Origin: Candidatus Sungiibacteriota bacterium
GTDB lineage: Bacteria > Patescibacteriota > Minisyncoccia > Sungbacterales > JACQCQ01
Direction: 5' to 3'
NCBI GenBank assembly: GCA_016201505.1
Contig: JACQCQ010000002.1
Coordinates: 12,750-76,749 of the forward strand
Length of the DNA stretch: 64,000 nucleotides
Positions within the stretch are counted from its first letter, which is position 1; each line of letters starts with the position of its first letter. The position numbers and the translations under genes were made by a program. Below, one piece after another: positions 35,941-45,417 of this stretch. A model generated the notes under the pieces. It saw nothing but the letters and a program-made list of their open reading frames with translations, ran no database searches and was not told the origin of the DNA.

Positions 35941-36717
35941 ATGAAAAAAATTAAATTCGGTCTCATCGCCGCTGGCGCTCTGTTTGGCCTCTCTGCATCA
36001 ATCGCCTGGGCTCATACCGTGGACCAAGATATAACAGTTGTGCTTCCATCAGACGGCTCAAGTTATATCCTTCAGGCCGGCTCGTCATACGATACATTTG
36101 ATATGAGTTTGGGAACATTTACCTTCACGATGTCATCAGGTGAAACGATGACACTTTCCTCATCTGACCGCAAAAACTTCAACAACTCAGGCGGAGTGAC
36201 ATCTTGCTATGCCGGGTATTCCAAGCTTGTTATTTCACCTTCATCAAGCGTCACAGTAACCGCGAGTCCATCTGGGACCTGTTCAAGCAATTCAAGCACG
36301 AGCTCTTCAGGCAGCGGCAATGGACCCATAGGCGGCGGTGTAGGAGGATCGTATCAGCCTATGACAGTGAGCACGTCGCCGGCATCAGCCAGCTCAAATC
36401 TATCTAGTCTCCAGTCCCAGCTCGCAACGCTTCTGGCCCAAGCGACGAAACTGAAAGGATCCACAAGTGTTTCAGGCTCAATCTCTTCGCCTCTGCGCTT
36501 TAGTTCGCAAGGGAAACAGGTCACGCTCCTTCAGCAGATTCTGGCGAAAGACGCCTCAATCTATCCGGAAGGAACGATTTCTGGTTACTTCGGCGTTAAA
36601 ACCCTGGCTGCGCTTAAGAGATTCCAGGTAAAATACGGTATTGCCAATCCGGGCGATCCGGGGTATGGATCAGTCGGACCCAAAACCAGGGCCAAATTAA
36701 ACTCGATGATGCCCTAA
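35941..36717 (+). CDS. Secreted protein with a C-terminal peptidoglycan-binding domain
   Basis: YPEGTISGYFG.KT.AA.KRFQ.KY...VGPKTRAKLN. Confidence 0.85.
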   Translation: MKKIKFGLIAAGALFGLSASIAWAHTVDQDITVVLPSDGSSYILQAGSSYDTFDMSLGTFTFTMSSGETMTLSSSDRKNFNNSGGVTSCYAGYSKLVISPSSSVTVTASPSGTCSSNSSTSSSGSGNGPIGGGVGGSYQPMTVSTSPASASSNLSSLQSQLATLLAQATKLKGSTSVSGSISSPLRFSSQGKQVTLLQQILAKDASIYPEGTISGYFGVKTLAALKRFQVKYGIANPGDPGYGSVGPKTRAKLNSMMP

Positions 36718-36718
36718 A

Positions 36719-36758
36719 CAAAAAATCCCCTCGCATTTGCGAGGGGATTTTTTGTTTT
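36719..36758. terminator. Intrinsic terminator
   Basis: caaaaaatcccctcgc-attt-gcgaggggattttttg. Confidence 0.8.
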
Positions 36759-36795
36759 CTCGACAAGCCGTTTTAGAACCCAGTATACTTAAGTC

Positions 36796-37944
36796 ATGAA
36801 GAAGCTATTACTTGGCGCCGCTCTCTTTTTATTACCCGTTACAGTTTTCGCTGACTCCGTTACTAAAGACTTAAGACTCGGCTCGAAGGGGGCAGAGGTA
36901 ACTATTCTGCAGACCTTTCTAGCTGAAGATGCCACTCTGTATCCAGAAGCCATAGTAACCGGTTATTTTGGTTTAAAAACACAGGCAGCAGTAAAGCGAT
37001 TTCAAAAACGGGAAAGTATCACGCCCGCATCCGGCATCGTCGGTCCGAAAACGAGAGCCCGACTTAACCAACTGATTTCCGGTACTGCAGATGGGAGCCG
37101 AACAAACATAACGTCTTTACAAGCCCAGCTTCAGGCACTCCAGCGCGTACTTCAGGTATTAATTTCAGCCTCATCTTCGCAGGCCACATCAAGCGTATCT
37201 CAAGACACGACCCCGCCGCGTTTTATTTCTGGTCCCGCCGTAACATTTGGGACAATATCAACTTCGTCGCCGTTTGGCGCCCAGGCCCCGATCCAAGTTT
37301 CGATTGACTGGAAAACCGATGAGCCCTCGGCACCCACGGGATTTGGCTGCAATCCCTTGCTCGCCCAATCAGGCTTTGGGCTTCAAGCCCTCTATTATGC
37401 CGGACATGCGGGACCGCACCAATGCGTTCTCCAAGTAAAAGATGCCGCCGGCAACAAGGCTTCGGCGAGTTTTAGTTTTGCCGCTCCCAGCTGGTTTTCC
37501 GTTTCGGGATCAAGCACGGCGGCATTCTATGACGCTCAAAAAATTGGCGACGTCGTCATTGTAAATAACGCCACGACTTCCCAGATCATTTATAAGGTCA
37601 ATATTAATTTAGATGAGGCGTTAAATGATACGAATGCTCGGGGAGCGAAGTTCAATCTGTATCTGCGAAACGGGACAACGACCTACGATACCGTCTTAAC
37701 TAAAACAGAAGTTACGCTCGCGGGCCGTGACCCCTATCCTATCGGTACCTTCAACAGCCAGATTATTACGATGTATGCGGGTCTTGCGGTTGCCTCGGGC
37801 GAGACGAAAACTCTCTCTCTTTGGTATGATGCACTTCCCGGGCCCAGATATGCCGGCAGTTATATGCGCCTAACCGTTTACTCTGTGCTCGGGTTACCGG
37901 ATCAGGCGTCAGTCGGCAACGCAACATTCTCGTTCCTGCAATAA
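36796..37944 (+). CDS. Secreted protein with an N-terminal peptidoglycan-binding domain
   Basis: LRLGSKG.EV..LQ.FL...YPE..VTGYFG.KT.AAVKRFQ...VGPKTRA.LN. Confidence 0.85.
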   Translation: MKKLLLGAALFLLPVTVFADSVTKDLRLGSKGAEVTILQTFLAEDATLYPEAIVTGYFGLKTQAAVKRFQKRESITPASGIVGPKTRARLNQLISGTADGSRTNITSLQAQLQALQRVLQVLISASSSQATSSVSQDTTPPRFISGPAVTFGTISTSSPFGAQAPIQVSIDWKTDEPSAPTGFGCNPLLAQSGFGLQALYYAGHAGPHQCVLQVKDAAGNKASASFSFAAPSWFSVSGSSTAAFYDAQKIGDVVIVNNATTSQIIYKVNINLDEALNDTNARGAKFNLYLRNGTTTYDTVLTKTEVTLAGRDPYPIGTFNSQIITMYAGLAVASGETKTLSLWYDALPGPRYAGSYMRLTVYSVLGLPDQASVGNATFSFLQ

Positions 37945-38010
37945 AACGAGCCCTTATCCCTCCTCGGCTGTTTCGATTTGACGTTTAAATCCGATAGGAA
38001 GGCAAAAGAC

Positions 38011-38754
38011 ATGGACGATTTTTCCCCGAAATTAAAAACTATGCGGCCGGAGTTTATTGGTTTTGCGCTAATGGCGGCCTTGATATTGGCAGTGCTTGGC
38101 GGACGCATCTATTGGGATCAAACGCACAAAATAAAATCTAAAAATTTCGGCAACCTGCCGCCTTATATCGGACGGGATCTGCGTGAATGGAAGATTGATC
38201 CGAAAGAAGTCGCAGTTTTTTCCTCCGAGCAGCTAAGCCAGTTGCATCAAAAACTGCTGGATGCTGCGGGGTCGATTGATGTCAATGCCGATCAGCTTGA
38301 TCCCTGGATTATCGCGGGGCTGATGAAACATGAAATCGGCGATAACCAAGGCGCCCGCGACGCCTGGGAGTATGCCAGTCTGATTCGGCCGAAAAACATT
38401 GTTTCGTTCATTAATTTGGGGGACCTCTACTTTCATGATCTGCCGAATTTTCCGAGAGCCGAGCTGATGTATAAAACAGCCATCCAAAACGATGCGAAAG
38501 TTATCCGGGATTATGTTTCGCTTTCCGATCTGTATCGGTATAGTTATCAAAGTGCCGGCATTAATCCGGCAGCGCCCCTGCTCGAAGGGCTTCAAAAAAA
38601 TCCCAATAACGAGGATCTGACCTCGTATGCAGCAGAATATTATGAAGAAATTGGAAATAAAACCGAGGCCATTTTCTATTTTAGAAAACTTATGCAAATT
38701 GATCCGGCTAAATCGAGCGACGTTGAGCAAACGTTAAAAAGCCTTGGCGCCTGA
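38011..38754 (+). CDS. Membrane-anchored TPR-repeat protein
   Basis: TM helix followed by TPR-like repeats (A..AWEYA..I.P.N...F.NLGDLY). Confidence 0.75.
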   Translation: MDDFSPKLKTMRPEFIGFALMAALILAVLGGRIYWDQTHKIKSKNFGNLPPYIGRDLREWKIDPKEVAVFSSEQLSQLHQKLLDAAGSIDVNADQLDPWIIAGLMKHEIGDNQGARDAWEYASLIRPKNIVSFINLGDLYFHDLPNFPRAELMYKTAIQNDAKVIRDYVSLSDLYRYSYQSAGINPAAPLLEGLQKNPNNEDLTSYAAEYYEEIGNKTEAIFYFRKLMQIDPAKSSDVEQTLKSLGA

Positions 38755-38755
38755 A

Positions 38756-40267
38756 ATGGATATAGCCAAAACAGACTGGAGACGCGGCGGCCTCTATGTC
38801 TGGTTTCTTTTGTTTTCTTTTCCCAGCGCCGCACTGGCTGGATCAGTCGCGATCAACGAAGTTCTCTTCGATCCAGCCGGCAGCGATACCGGCCAAGAGA
38901 TAATTGAATTTTATAATGCCGGTTCGGATGACGTGGACCTGTCTGGCTGGCAAGTCTATCCCGATGGCATCGGCTATTTTATCTTCCCCAGCGGCGCTAA
39001 CATTGCCGCCCATTCGTTTTTGACGCTTAATTTGCGAAAAGACGGCCTAAATACCGCCAGCACTTATTTTTTTCCTGGAGCGACCGCCAATATGGGCAAC
39101 AGCTCCGGCTCCGCGGCTTTGTTTACGGCGGGTGATCGTACCAAGGATACGATTCGCACCTTTGTCCGATACCAGAAACCGGGAAGCGCCGAGCGCAAGA
39201 CTTGGGAGTCGACTGCGGCTGACGCCGGACTTTGGACCGTCGGCCAGTATGTCGATATCTCGAATTTCAGCGAAGGCGGGTCGATTGGACTTGTCAGCGA
39301 TGGGGCGGCTATGGGCGCCTCTGCCTGGAAAATTTATGCCGCTCCGACCGTTGGACAAACAAATTCTGCAGCCGGCGGATCTGATGATTCCGGTCCGCAA
39401 AATAGCGACGGGTCCTCAACTCCTGAATCAACCGCGCCTCAATTTTCAGTTGCTCCGCTGTATACGGTTCCTCGGCTGGATGTTTCCATTACCGCTGAAT
39501 CGAACGGCATCATCGGAGCGCCCCACACCTTTCTTGGCAAGGCGTGGTTAAATAAAAAACCGGTGACTGATCACGTGAGATTCCTCTGGAACTTTGATGA
39601 CGGTGCGGTGATGGAGGGTCCGGGTGTATCGCACACGTTTGCATTTCCGGGAGTTTATACGGTTTCATTATCCGTCAATTCGGAAGAGGCTGTTGGGTCG
39701 GAAAATCAGGATGTGAGCATTACTGAAAATCATATAGCTCTCGCCAACGTCGAGCCGGGTGCCGACGGTTTTGTTTCACTCATAAATCATTCGGCAGTCG
39801 AGGTCGATCTATCCGGCTGGATGCTCAAAGGAAAATCAAATACGCAGTTCACCTTGCCCAAAAATACTTTCATCCGCCAAAATAGGACGCTAATTTTGCC
39901 GAATAAAACGACGGGCCTCGATGCCGAGTCAATCCAAGATCTGGCGTTTTTCTACCCAAACGGCGTAATAGTTTCAGCAGAGCCAGCCTTCTCGATCGGA
40001 CAGCACAGCGTCGCCATTGCATCTTTAGCGGATTCCGGATCGAGCGTTCGAGCAATCAATACATCTTCGAGAAGTCTGGAAGATCCAAGAAACAAGGCCG
40101 ATTTAGCCAGCGTTGCAGGAGACAGGGGTGTTCAGGCCGCGGCCACATCGTCGCTCGCCGCCATAGGTTTAAAAGAAAGACTGCGGCTGGGGTTTCTCGT
40201 AGGGGGTATGCTGCTTGCGCTGCTTAGCGGTTTCGGCGCCGTTTTTCTGCGCCGCGTCATCTCATAA
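38756..40267 (+). CDS. Surface protein with lamin-tail and PKD domains and a C-terminal TM anchor
   Basis: INEVLFDP.G.D...E.IEFYN...VDLSGW; WNFDDG....G..VSHTF..PG.YTV.L. Confidence 0.8.
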   Translation: MDIAKTDWRRGGLYVWFLLFSFPSAALAGSVAINEVLFDPAGSDTGQEIIEFYNAGSDDVDLSGWQVYPDGIGYFIFPSGANIAAHSFLTLNLRKDGLNTASTYFFPGATANMGNSSGSAALFTAGDRTKDTIRTFVRYQKPGSAERKTWESTAADAGLWTVGQYVDISNFSEGGSIGLVSDGAAMGASAWKIYAAPTVGQTNSAAGGSDDSGPQNSDGSSTPESTAPQFSVAPLYTVPRLDVSITAESNGIIGAPHTFLGKAWLNKKPVTDHVRFLWNFDDGAVMEGPGVSHTFAFPGVYTVSLSVNSEEAVGSENQDVSITENHIALANVEPGADGFVSLINHSAVEVDLSGWMLKGKSNTQFTLPKNTFIRQNRTLILPNKTTGLDAESIQDLAFFYPNGVIVSAEPAFSIGQHSVAIASLADSGSSVRAINTSSRSLEDPRNKADLASVAGDRGVQAAATSSLAAIGLKERLRLGFLVGGMLLALLSGFGAVFLRRVIS

Positions 40268-42529
40268 ATGAATACTAGAGCCACAATTTACGTATTTTCA
40301 ACTGCCTTTTGGCCGCTCGTCGGCGGAGCTGAAATCGCAGCCGAAGAGGTCATTAGACGACTCGAAGACTCGTTTGATTTTGTCGTGATTACGGGCCGCC
40401 TGAAAAAAAATTTAAAAAAAGAAGAAGTGCGTGGCGGCTGCACCATTCTTCGCATCGGCTTCGGCAATGCCTTCGATAAAATTTTACTTCCCGTTCTAGG
40501 ACCTTTCATCGTCCATCAAACGGACAAAAAGCGTCCCGCCCAACTTTTTTGGCCGGTGATGGTGTCATTTGCCTCGGGCATTCCTTACATTTTTAATATT
40601 TTATTTAAACGTCATATTCCCATTGTTTTGACGCTCCAGGAAGGCGATCCCGAATCACACCTGCGACATTCTCGAGGCGGGCTCATCGGGCTGGCCTGGC
40701 GTATGGCGCTTCGGCGATCATCAGCGGTGACGGCCATCAGTTCATATCTGGCGAGGCTGGCCAAAGGCTTCGGCTACCAAAAAAATGTCCAGCTCATCTC
40801 AAACGGCGTGGATCTGGCGTTGTTTGAGAAGAAATTTTCCACCGTTGAGAATGATGAATTACGAACCTCACTGGAGATACCCGAAGGCGCCAAAATTATT
40901 GTTACGACTTCTCGCTTGGTCAAGAAAAATGGCATTGATATTCTGATTCGGGCTTTTCTGGCTTTGCCCCAAGATCTTAAAGGACAAGCCTATCTTTTGA
41001 TTTTAGGCGACGGTGCTGAAAAAGAGAGTTTAAAGAGACTGGCAACTAACAAACGAATTCTTTTTCTCGGCTCTAGGCCGTATCACGATCTGCCACGGTA
41101 TTTAGCCATTGCCGACGTATTTGTACGTCCCTCGCGCTCCGAAGGCATGGGCAATTCATTTATTGAAGCCATGGCGGCCGGTGTGCCCATCATTGGAACG
41201 CCGGTCGGCGGTATCCCCGAGTTTTTAGTTGATGGGGAGACTGGTCTTTTGGCCGAGCCTGAAAATCCAAACTCAACGGCAGCTGCCATCGGGCGAATTT
41301 TAACTGACACCCGGCTGCGGAATTTGCTTATCGAAGCGGGCAAGAAAAAGGCCCAAGAATATAATTGGCACGATATTAGCGAAAAATACGGGGCAGTGTT
41401 CCTGGCAGAAATGAATAAAAAAAGATCAGTTCTGATTGCAACAGGCATCTTCCCGCCGGCAATCGGCGGGCCGGCGCTGTATGCGTTAGCACTGGCCGAC
41501 TATTTTAAACAGAAAGGCTGGCAGGTCTCGATACTTACCTATGCTCATGGTGATCCAACTGCAGGAGTTCATCGCGTCTCCCTGGAGATCCCAAGCGGCG
41601 TGCGGCATAGCCTGACATTTTTAAAAGCCATCAATCTCGTTTTTAAAGCGGATGCCGTTTTACTGCTGGATCATGCAAGCCTGGGATTTCCTGTCGCTAT
41701 CGCAAGCCGCATTTTGGGAAAACGCTATATCGTCCGCGTGGGCGGTGATTTTCTTTGGGAGGGATTTGTGATGAGCCGCCGAGCGGAGCTTTCCCTCCCG
41801 GATTTCTATCAACGGGCGCCGGATTTATCCTTCAAGGAGCGAATTATTTTTCAGGCGGTGCGTTATACTCTGCAGCATGCCGCAACAGTTGCTTTTAATA
41901 CCGAATGGCAAAAAGATATTTTTATTCGAGCTTATGGCTTAGACCCAACTAAAGTAACAGTCGTGCAAAACGTCTGCCTGGCTCGCCAGGGTGCGGCCCA
42001 AGAGTCAGAGAGAGAATACAGCCGCTTTTTATATGTTGGCCGATTTTTGTTTTTAAAGAATCTCAAAAGAACCATACGTTCATTTATCACAGCGCAAAAA
42101 AAAATGAACAGGCCGTTTATGTTTGAAATCATCGGCGAAGGCCCCGAGGAGGAAGCGCTGAAAACGTTCGTCAAAACTTTACATACCGATCGGGTGGTCT
42201 TTCATGCCTCGATGGCCCAAAAAGATATGTTTGAGAGGCTTGAATCCGCCCGCGCCGCCGCCGTCGCGTCATATTCCGATGTAGCCCCGAACATTATTAC
42301 CGAGTCTTTGGCGCTTGGCACACCGGCCATTCTGACCAAGTATTCAGGCCTGGAAAAGGCGAGAGCAGACGGCGTTTTGCGTGTCGATCCGCTTGATGAA
42401 TCATCCATTGAGGCGGCATTTTTGCGTATGATGGATGACGGCCAGTATGCGGATCTGCGAAAAGCTGTCGCAGTGTCGTCTCCAAGATCTTGGAGCGACG
42501 TGGCAAAAGAGTATGCAGTGCTGCTTTAG
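40268..42529 (+). CDS. Tandem double GT4 glycosyltransferase
   Basis: Two GT-B modules; EGMGNSFIEAMAAG in the first; the second begins VLIATGIFPP.IGGP. Confidence 0.88.
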   Translation: MNTRATIYVFSTAFWPLVGGAEIAAEEVIRRLEDSFDFVVITGRLKKNLKKEEVRGGCTILRIGFGNAFDKILLPVLGPFIVHQTDKKRPAQLFWPVMVSFASGIPYIFNILFKRHIPIVLTLQEGDPESHLRHSRGGLIGLAWRMALRRSSAVTAISSYLARLAKGFGYQKNVQLISNGVDLALFEKKFSTVENDELRTSLEIPEGAKIIVTTSRLVKKNGIDILIRAFLALPQDLKGQAYLLILGDGAEKESLKRLATNKRILFLGSRPYHDLPRYLAIADVFVRPSRSEGMGNSFIEAMAAGVPIIGTPVGGIPEFLVDGETGLLAEPENPNSTAAAIGRILTDTRLRNLLIEAGKKKAQEYNWHDISEKYGAVFLAEMNKKRSVLIATGIFPPAIGGPALYALALADYFKQKGWQVSILTYAHGDPTAGVHRVSLEIPSGVRHSLTFLKAINLVFKADAVLLLDHASLGFPVAIASRILGKRYIVRVGGDFLWEGFVMSRRAELSLPDFYQRAPDLSFKERIIFQAVRYTLQHAATVAFNTEWQKDIFIRAYGLDPTKVTVVQNVCLARQGAAQESEREYSRFLYVGRFLFLKNLKRTIRSFITAQKKMNRPFMFEIIGEGPEEEALKTFVKTLHTDRVVFHASMAQKDMFERLESARAAAVASYSDVAPNIITESLALGTPAILTKYSGLEKARADGVLRVDPLDESSIEAAFLRMMDDGQYADLRKAVAVSSPRSWSDVAKEYAVLL

Positions 42530-44308
42530 CTAGTTAATTTTCTTGAAGCGCACGAGATAGGCCGTCGCCAGCCACTTAAGTTCATTGCGTTCGTTACGTT
42601 TGAGCCGGTCTGCGATTATATTTGTGAGTCCGGGCAAAAGTTTATCTAGCGGGAAGGGTAAGATCCTAAAGTTATATCCGACCAGATCTTGAATTTCAAA
42701 GTTAGTCGATGCGGCGAGTCGCCGTATTTCTTTTTCTTTGTATTCTCGGTGCGTTAGGGGGTGTACTTCTTTGCCTAAAAGTCGTTTCAGCCCGCGCCAG
42801 GTGAAGCCAAAAATAAAAACCAGAATTCGATTCCAAACGCGCCAGGGGCTCCAATAATTGGGGAATGAGATGATAGCTTGGCCGTTGATATCGAGTACGC
42901 GATGTAGCTCCCGCATGGCACTCGCATCCTCCTTTAAATATTCGAGCACGCCAAGCGCCGTTGCCATATTAAATGCATTGGCGGAAAATCGCAGATGCTG
43001 AATATCGCCGACTTCAGCCGCAAGCCTGGGGCTTTGGAAACGTTTCTTTAAAAGTTCGGTCATGCCGGGGGCTAAGTCAACTGCAGTCACTGAAGCTTTC
43101 TGGTCGAGCAATTCTCCTATGATGACGCCGGGGCCGGACCCAACATCGAGAACGCGTTTTCCCCGCGTGTTTCCGAGCATCTGGAGCGTGAGACGTTTCC
43201 GCTCGCGAAATGAATAGCCTTCGGGCGTAGCACGGCTATATTCTTTCAGATATGGGTCAGCCGTTTCATGGAAAAATTCTTCCGGTCGCTTATGCTCGGC
43301 GCGAAAGATATTGACGAGGTTAACCAGTCTCGCTCGGAGGCCGCTCGCGGTCAGCCGGAAAAAGCGCATGTCATCAGTCGCATCCATGGTAATTCGTTTG
43401 ATCGCGTATGGATCGTCAATAGTATTAAATGATCCCGGGACAGTCGTGAGTCCATAATGAAGTCCTGCCGCCTTAAGAGTTTCGATAATTGAGACCGTGA
43501 TATCGCGCGGCTGGCCATTGGGGTAGGCGAATACGGGAATATACTGGCTGCATTTTTGTTTGATGATGTCATTTGATTCATTAATTTCAATACGCGCTTC
43601 ATCTGGCGAGATGTGTGATAAAATCGGGTGAGTTTTGGTGTGCGGGGCAAAATGTATCAGACCTGAGGCCTCCATTTCGCGTATGTAGTCCCAGGCCAGT
43701 CCTTCGTATGGCGAACCCTCCAGTCTAAGTTTTGTTTCAGACTGATTTTCAACCTCCAAAATTAACTTCTCCTTTTCTTCTCCATTAATTTGTTTGCAGT
43801 ACGTTCTTAGAAAATCATCAGCTTTTTCTTTCTCTTCCCGCGATCTGATGGGGAACCTCCTAGATTTGCCGTCAATGGTTAAATCAATTGTATCTTTTTT
43901 TGCGTGTCCGATGGCATATTCTATTCTATCAACCCAGAGTGGAGACTCGTTCCCAACCAGCGCGGTTGTAAGAAATACGGTTGCGGGAGTGTTAAGTCGC
44001 TTTAAGATAGGAAAAGCCTCGGTGTAATTATTTACATACCCGTCGTCGAACGTAATGGCCAGCCGACGGCCGGGATCCGCCGTTTCCAGCAGGGAGTTTA
44101 ACGGTACAATGGTATAAAAGCGCCAAAGCCAGCGAAGCTGATTCTCAAAATTCCTGGGCTGGATAAATTTTTTCCGGTAGTTAAAAATGCCTGACCCCGT
44201 ATCCGAGGAAACACCGTGATAGACCAAAATTGTGCGGCTGCCGGCCGCGGCGAGAGCCCAGCGCCAAAAACCCAGGAAATCCAGCAGGAAAAAGGCGATT
44301 TTTTTCAT
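42530..44308 (-). CDS. Polysaccharide deacetylase (CE4) fused to a class I SAM methyltransferase
   Basis: ITFDDGY, HTKTHP, FAYPNG; C-terminal VLDVGSGPG. Confidence 0.88.
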   Translation of the reverse strand: MKKIAFFLLDFLGFWRWALAAAGSRTILVYHGVSSDTGSGIFNYRKKFIQPRNFENQLRWLWRFYTIVPLNSLLETADPGRRLAITFDDGYVNNYTEAFPILKRLNTPATVFLTTALVGNESPLWVDRIEYAIGHAKKDTIDLTIDGKSRRFPIRSREEKEKADDFLRTYCKQINGEEKEKLILEVENQSETKLRLEGSPYEGLAWDYIREMEASGLIHFAPHTKTHPILSHISPDEARIEINESNDIIKQKCSQYIPVFAYPNGQPRDITVSIIETLKAAGLHYGLTTVPGSFNTIDDPYAIKRITMDATDDMRFFRLTASGLRARLVNLVNIFRAEHKRPEEFFHETADPYLKEYSRATPEGYSFRERKRLTLQMLGNTRGKRVLDVGSGPGVIIGELLDQKASVTAVDLAPGMTELLKKRFQSPRLAAEVGDIQHLRFSANAFNMATALGVLEYLKEDASAMRELHRVLDINGQAIISFPNYWSPWRVWNRILVFIFGFTWRGLKRLLGKEVHPLTHREYKEKEIRRLAASTNFEIQDLVGYNFRILPFPLDKLLPGLTNIIADRLKRNERNELKWLATAYLVRFKKIN

Positions 44309-44310
44309 TG

Positions 44311-45417
44311 ATGCATCATAGCAACGCGCTACTTACCGGTCAAAAGAAAAATGTTTTATCCATCGGCACCGATGAGAAAATTTTTGATCCCGCTTCCTCT
44401 GTGCGCCGCCGCGTCAGGCGCTACGCCCAAGGATTTAATTCATTTCATATAATCTGCAAGACGAGAAAAAAGTTTCCGGTGGAGAAATTCGAAAATATTA
44501 CGCTTTATTCGGTCAGTCCCCGATTCCGTCCTATGTTTTTTGGGCAGATGTATGCGGTGGGAAAAGGTATTCTTCGGTCGTCTTCACAGTGGGTCATAAC
44601 CGCCGAGGATCCCTTCGAGACCGGTCTTGCCGGCTGGCTGCTCGCGCAGAAATTTGGCATTCACCTCCAGGTTCAAGTCCATACTGATATTTTCTCGCCC
44701 TATTTCCGTCGACATTCTTTGGCTAATTATATTCGTTATCTCATAGCCCTTTTCGTCCTACCGCGAGCCAACTGTATTCGAGTCGTTTCGGCCCGCATTG
44801 GGAATAGCCTCGAGGCTATCGGGATTTCACCTCGAAAGATCACCATTTTACCGATTTGGAATGTTTTCTCGTCTGAATTTCCTCATAAAAAAGTTACGGA
44901 TGATATTTTTACGGTTTTATTTGTCGGCCGTCTCGAAAAAGAAAAAGGTGGAGAGGTGGCGCTCGAAGCCTTCAATCATTTTCTTAGTCTCGGCGGGAAA
45001 GGGAAGCTCATATTCGTTGGCGCGGGTGGGGAGGAGGAATACTTACGGGAAAAAGCCAAGTCTTTGTCCACTTCGGTCCAATTTGCCGGCTGGCAATATG
45101 ATGTTCTGCCGTACTATTTAAAAGCCGATGCGCTGTTATCTACTTCTTTCTACGACGGTTGGGGAATGGCTGCGGCCGACGCCGTTTCACTCGGCGTGCC
45201 AGTCGTTATGACGGACGTCGGCCTGGCGGGGGAGGCCGTGATTGATGGCGTAAATGGGTTCGTGCGGCCGGTCGGGGACATTACAGGTCTTGGTGAGGCA
45301 CTTTTTCGCATATACCAAGACCCTAAGATTCTTCCCATGAATCATTCAAAAATTTCTTCGATTCAATCTTTTGAGGAATATGCCGCCCAATACCAAGAAC
45401 TTCTTCGCTCCAGCTAG
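44311..45417 (+). CDS. GT4 glycosyltransferase
   Basis: FVGRLEKEKG, DGWGMAAADA..LG.PVV; start inferred. Confidence 0.85.
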   Translation: MHHSNALLTGQKKNVLSIGTDEKIFDPASSVRRRVRRYAQGFNSFHIICKTRKKFPVEKFENITLYSVSPRFRPMFFGQMYAVGKGILRSSSQWVITAEDPFETGLAGWLLAQKFGIHLQVQVHTDIFSPYFRRHSLANYIRYLIALFVLPRANCIRVVSARIGNSLEAIGISPRKITILPIWNVFSSEFPHKKVTDDIFTVLFVGRLEKEKGGEVALEAFNHFLSLGGKGKLIFVGAGGEEEYLREKAKSLSTSVQFAGWQYDVLPYYLKADALLSTSFYDGWGMAAADAVSLGVPVVMTDVGLAGEAVIDGVNGFVRPVGDITGLGEALFRIYQDPKILPMNHSKISSIQSFEEYAAQYQELLRSS

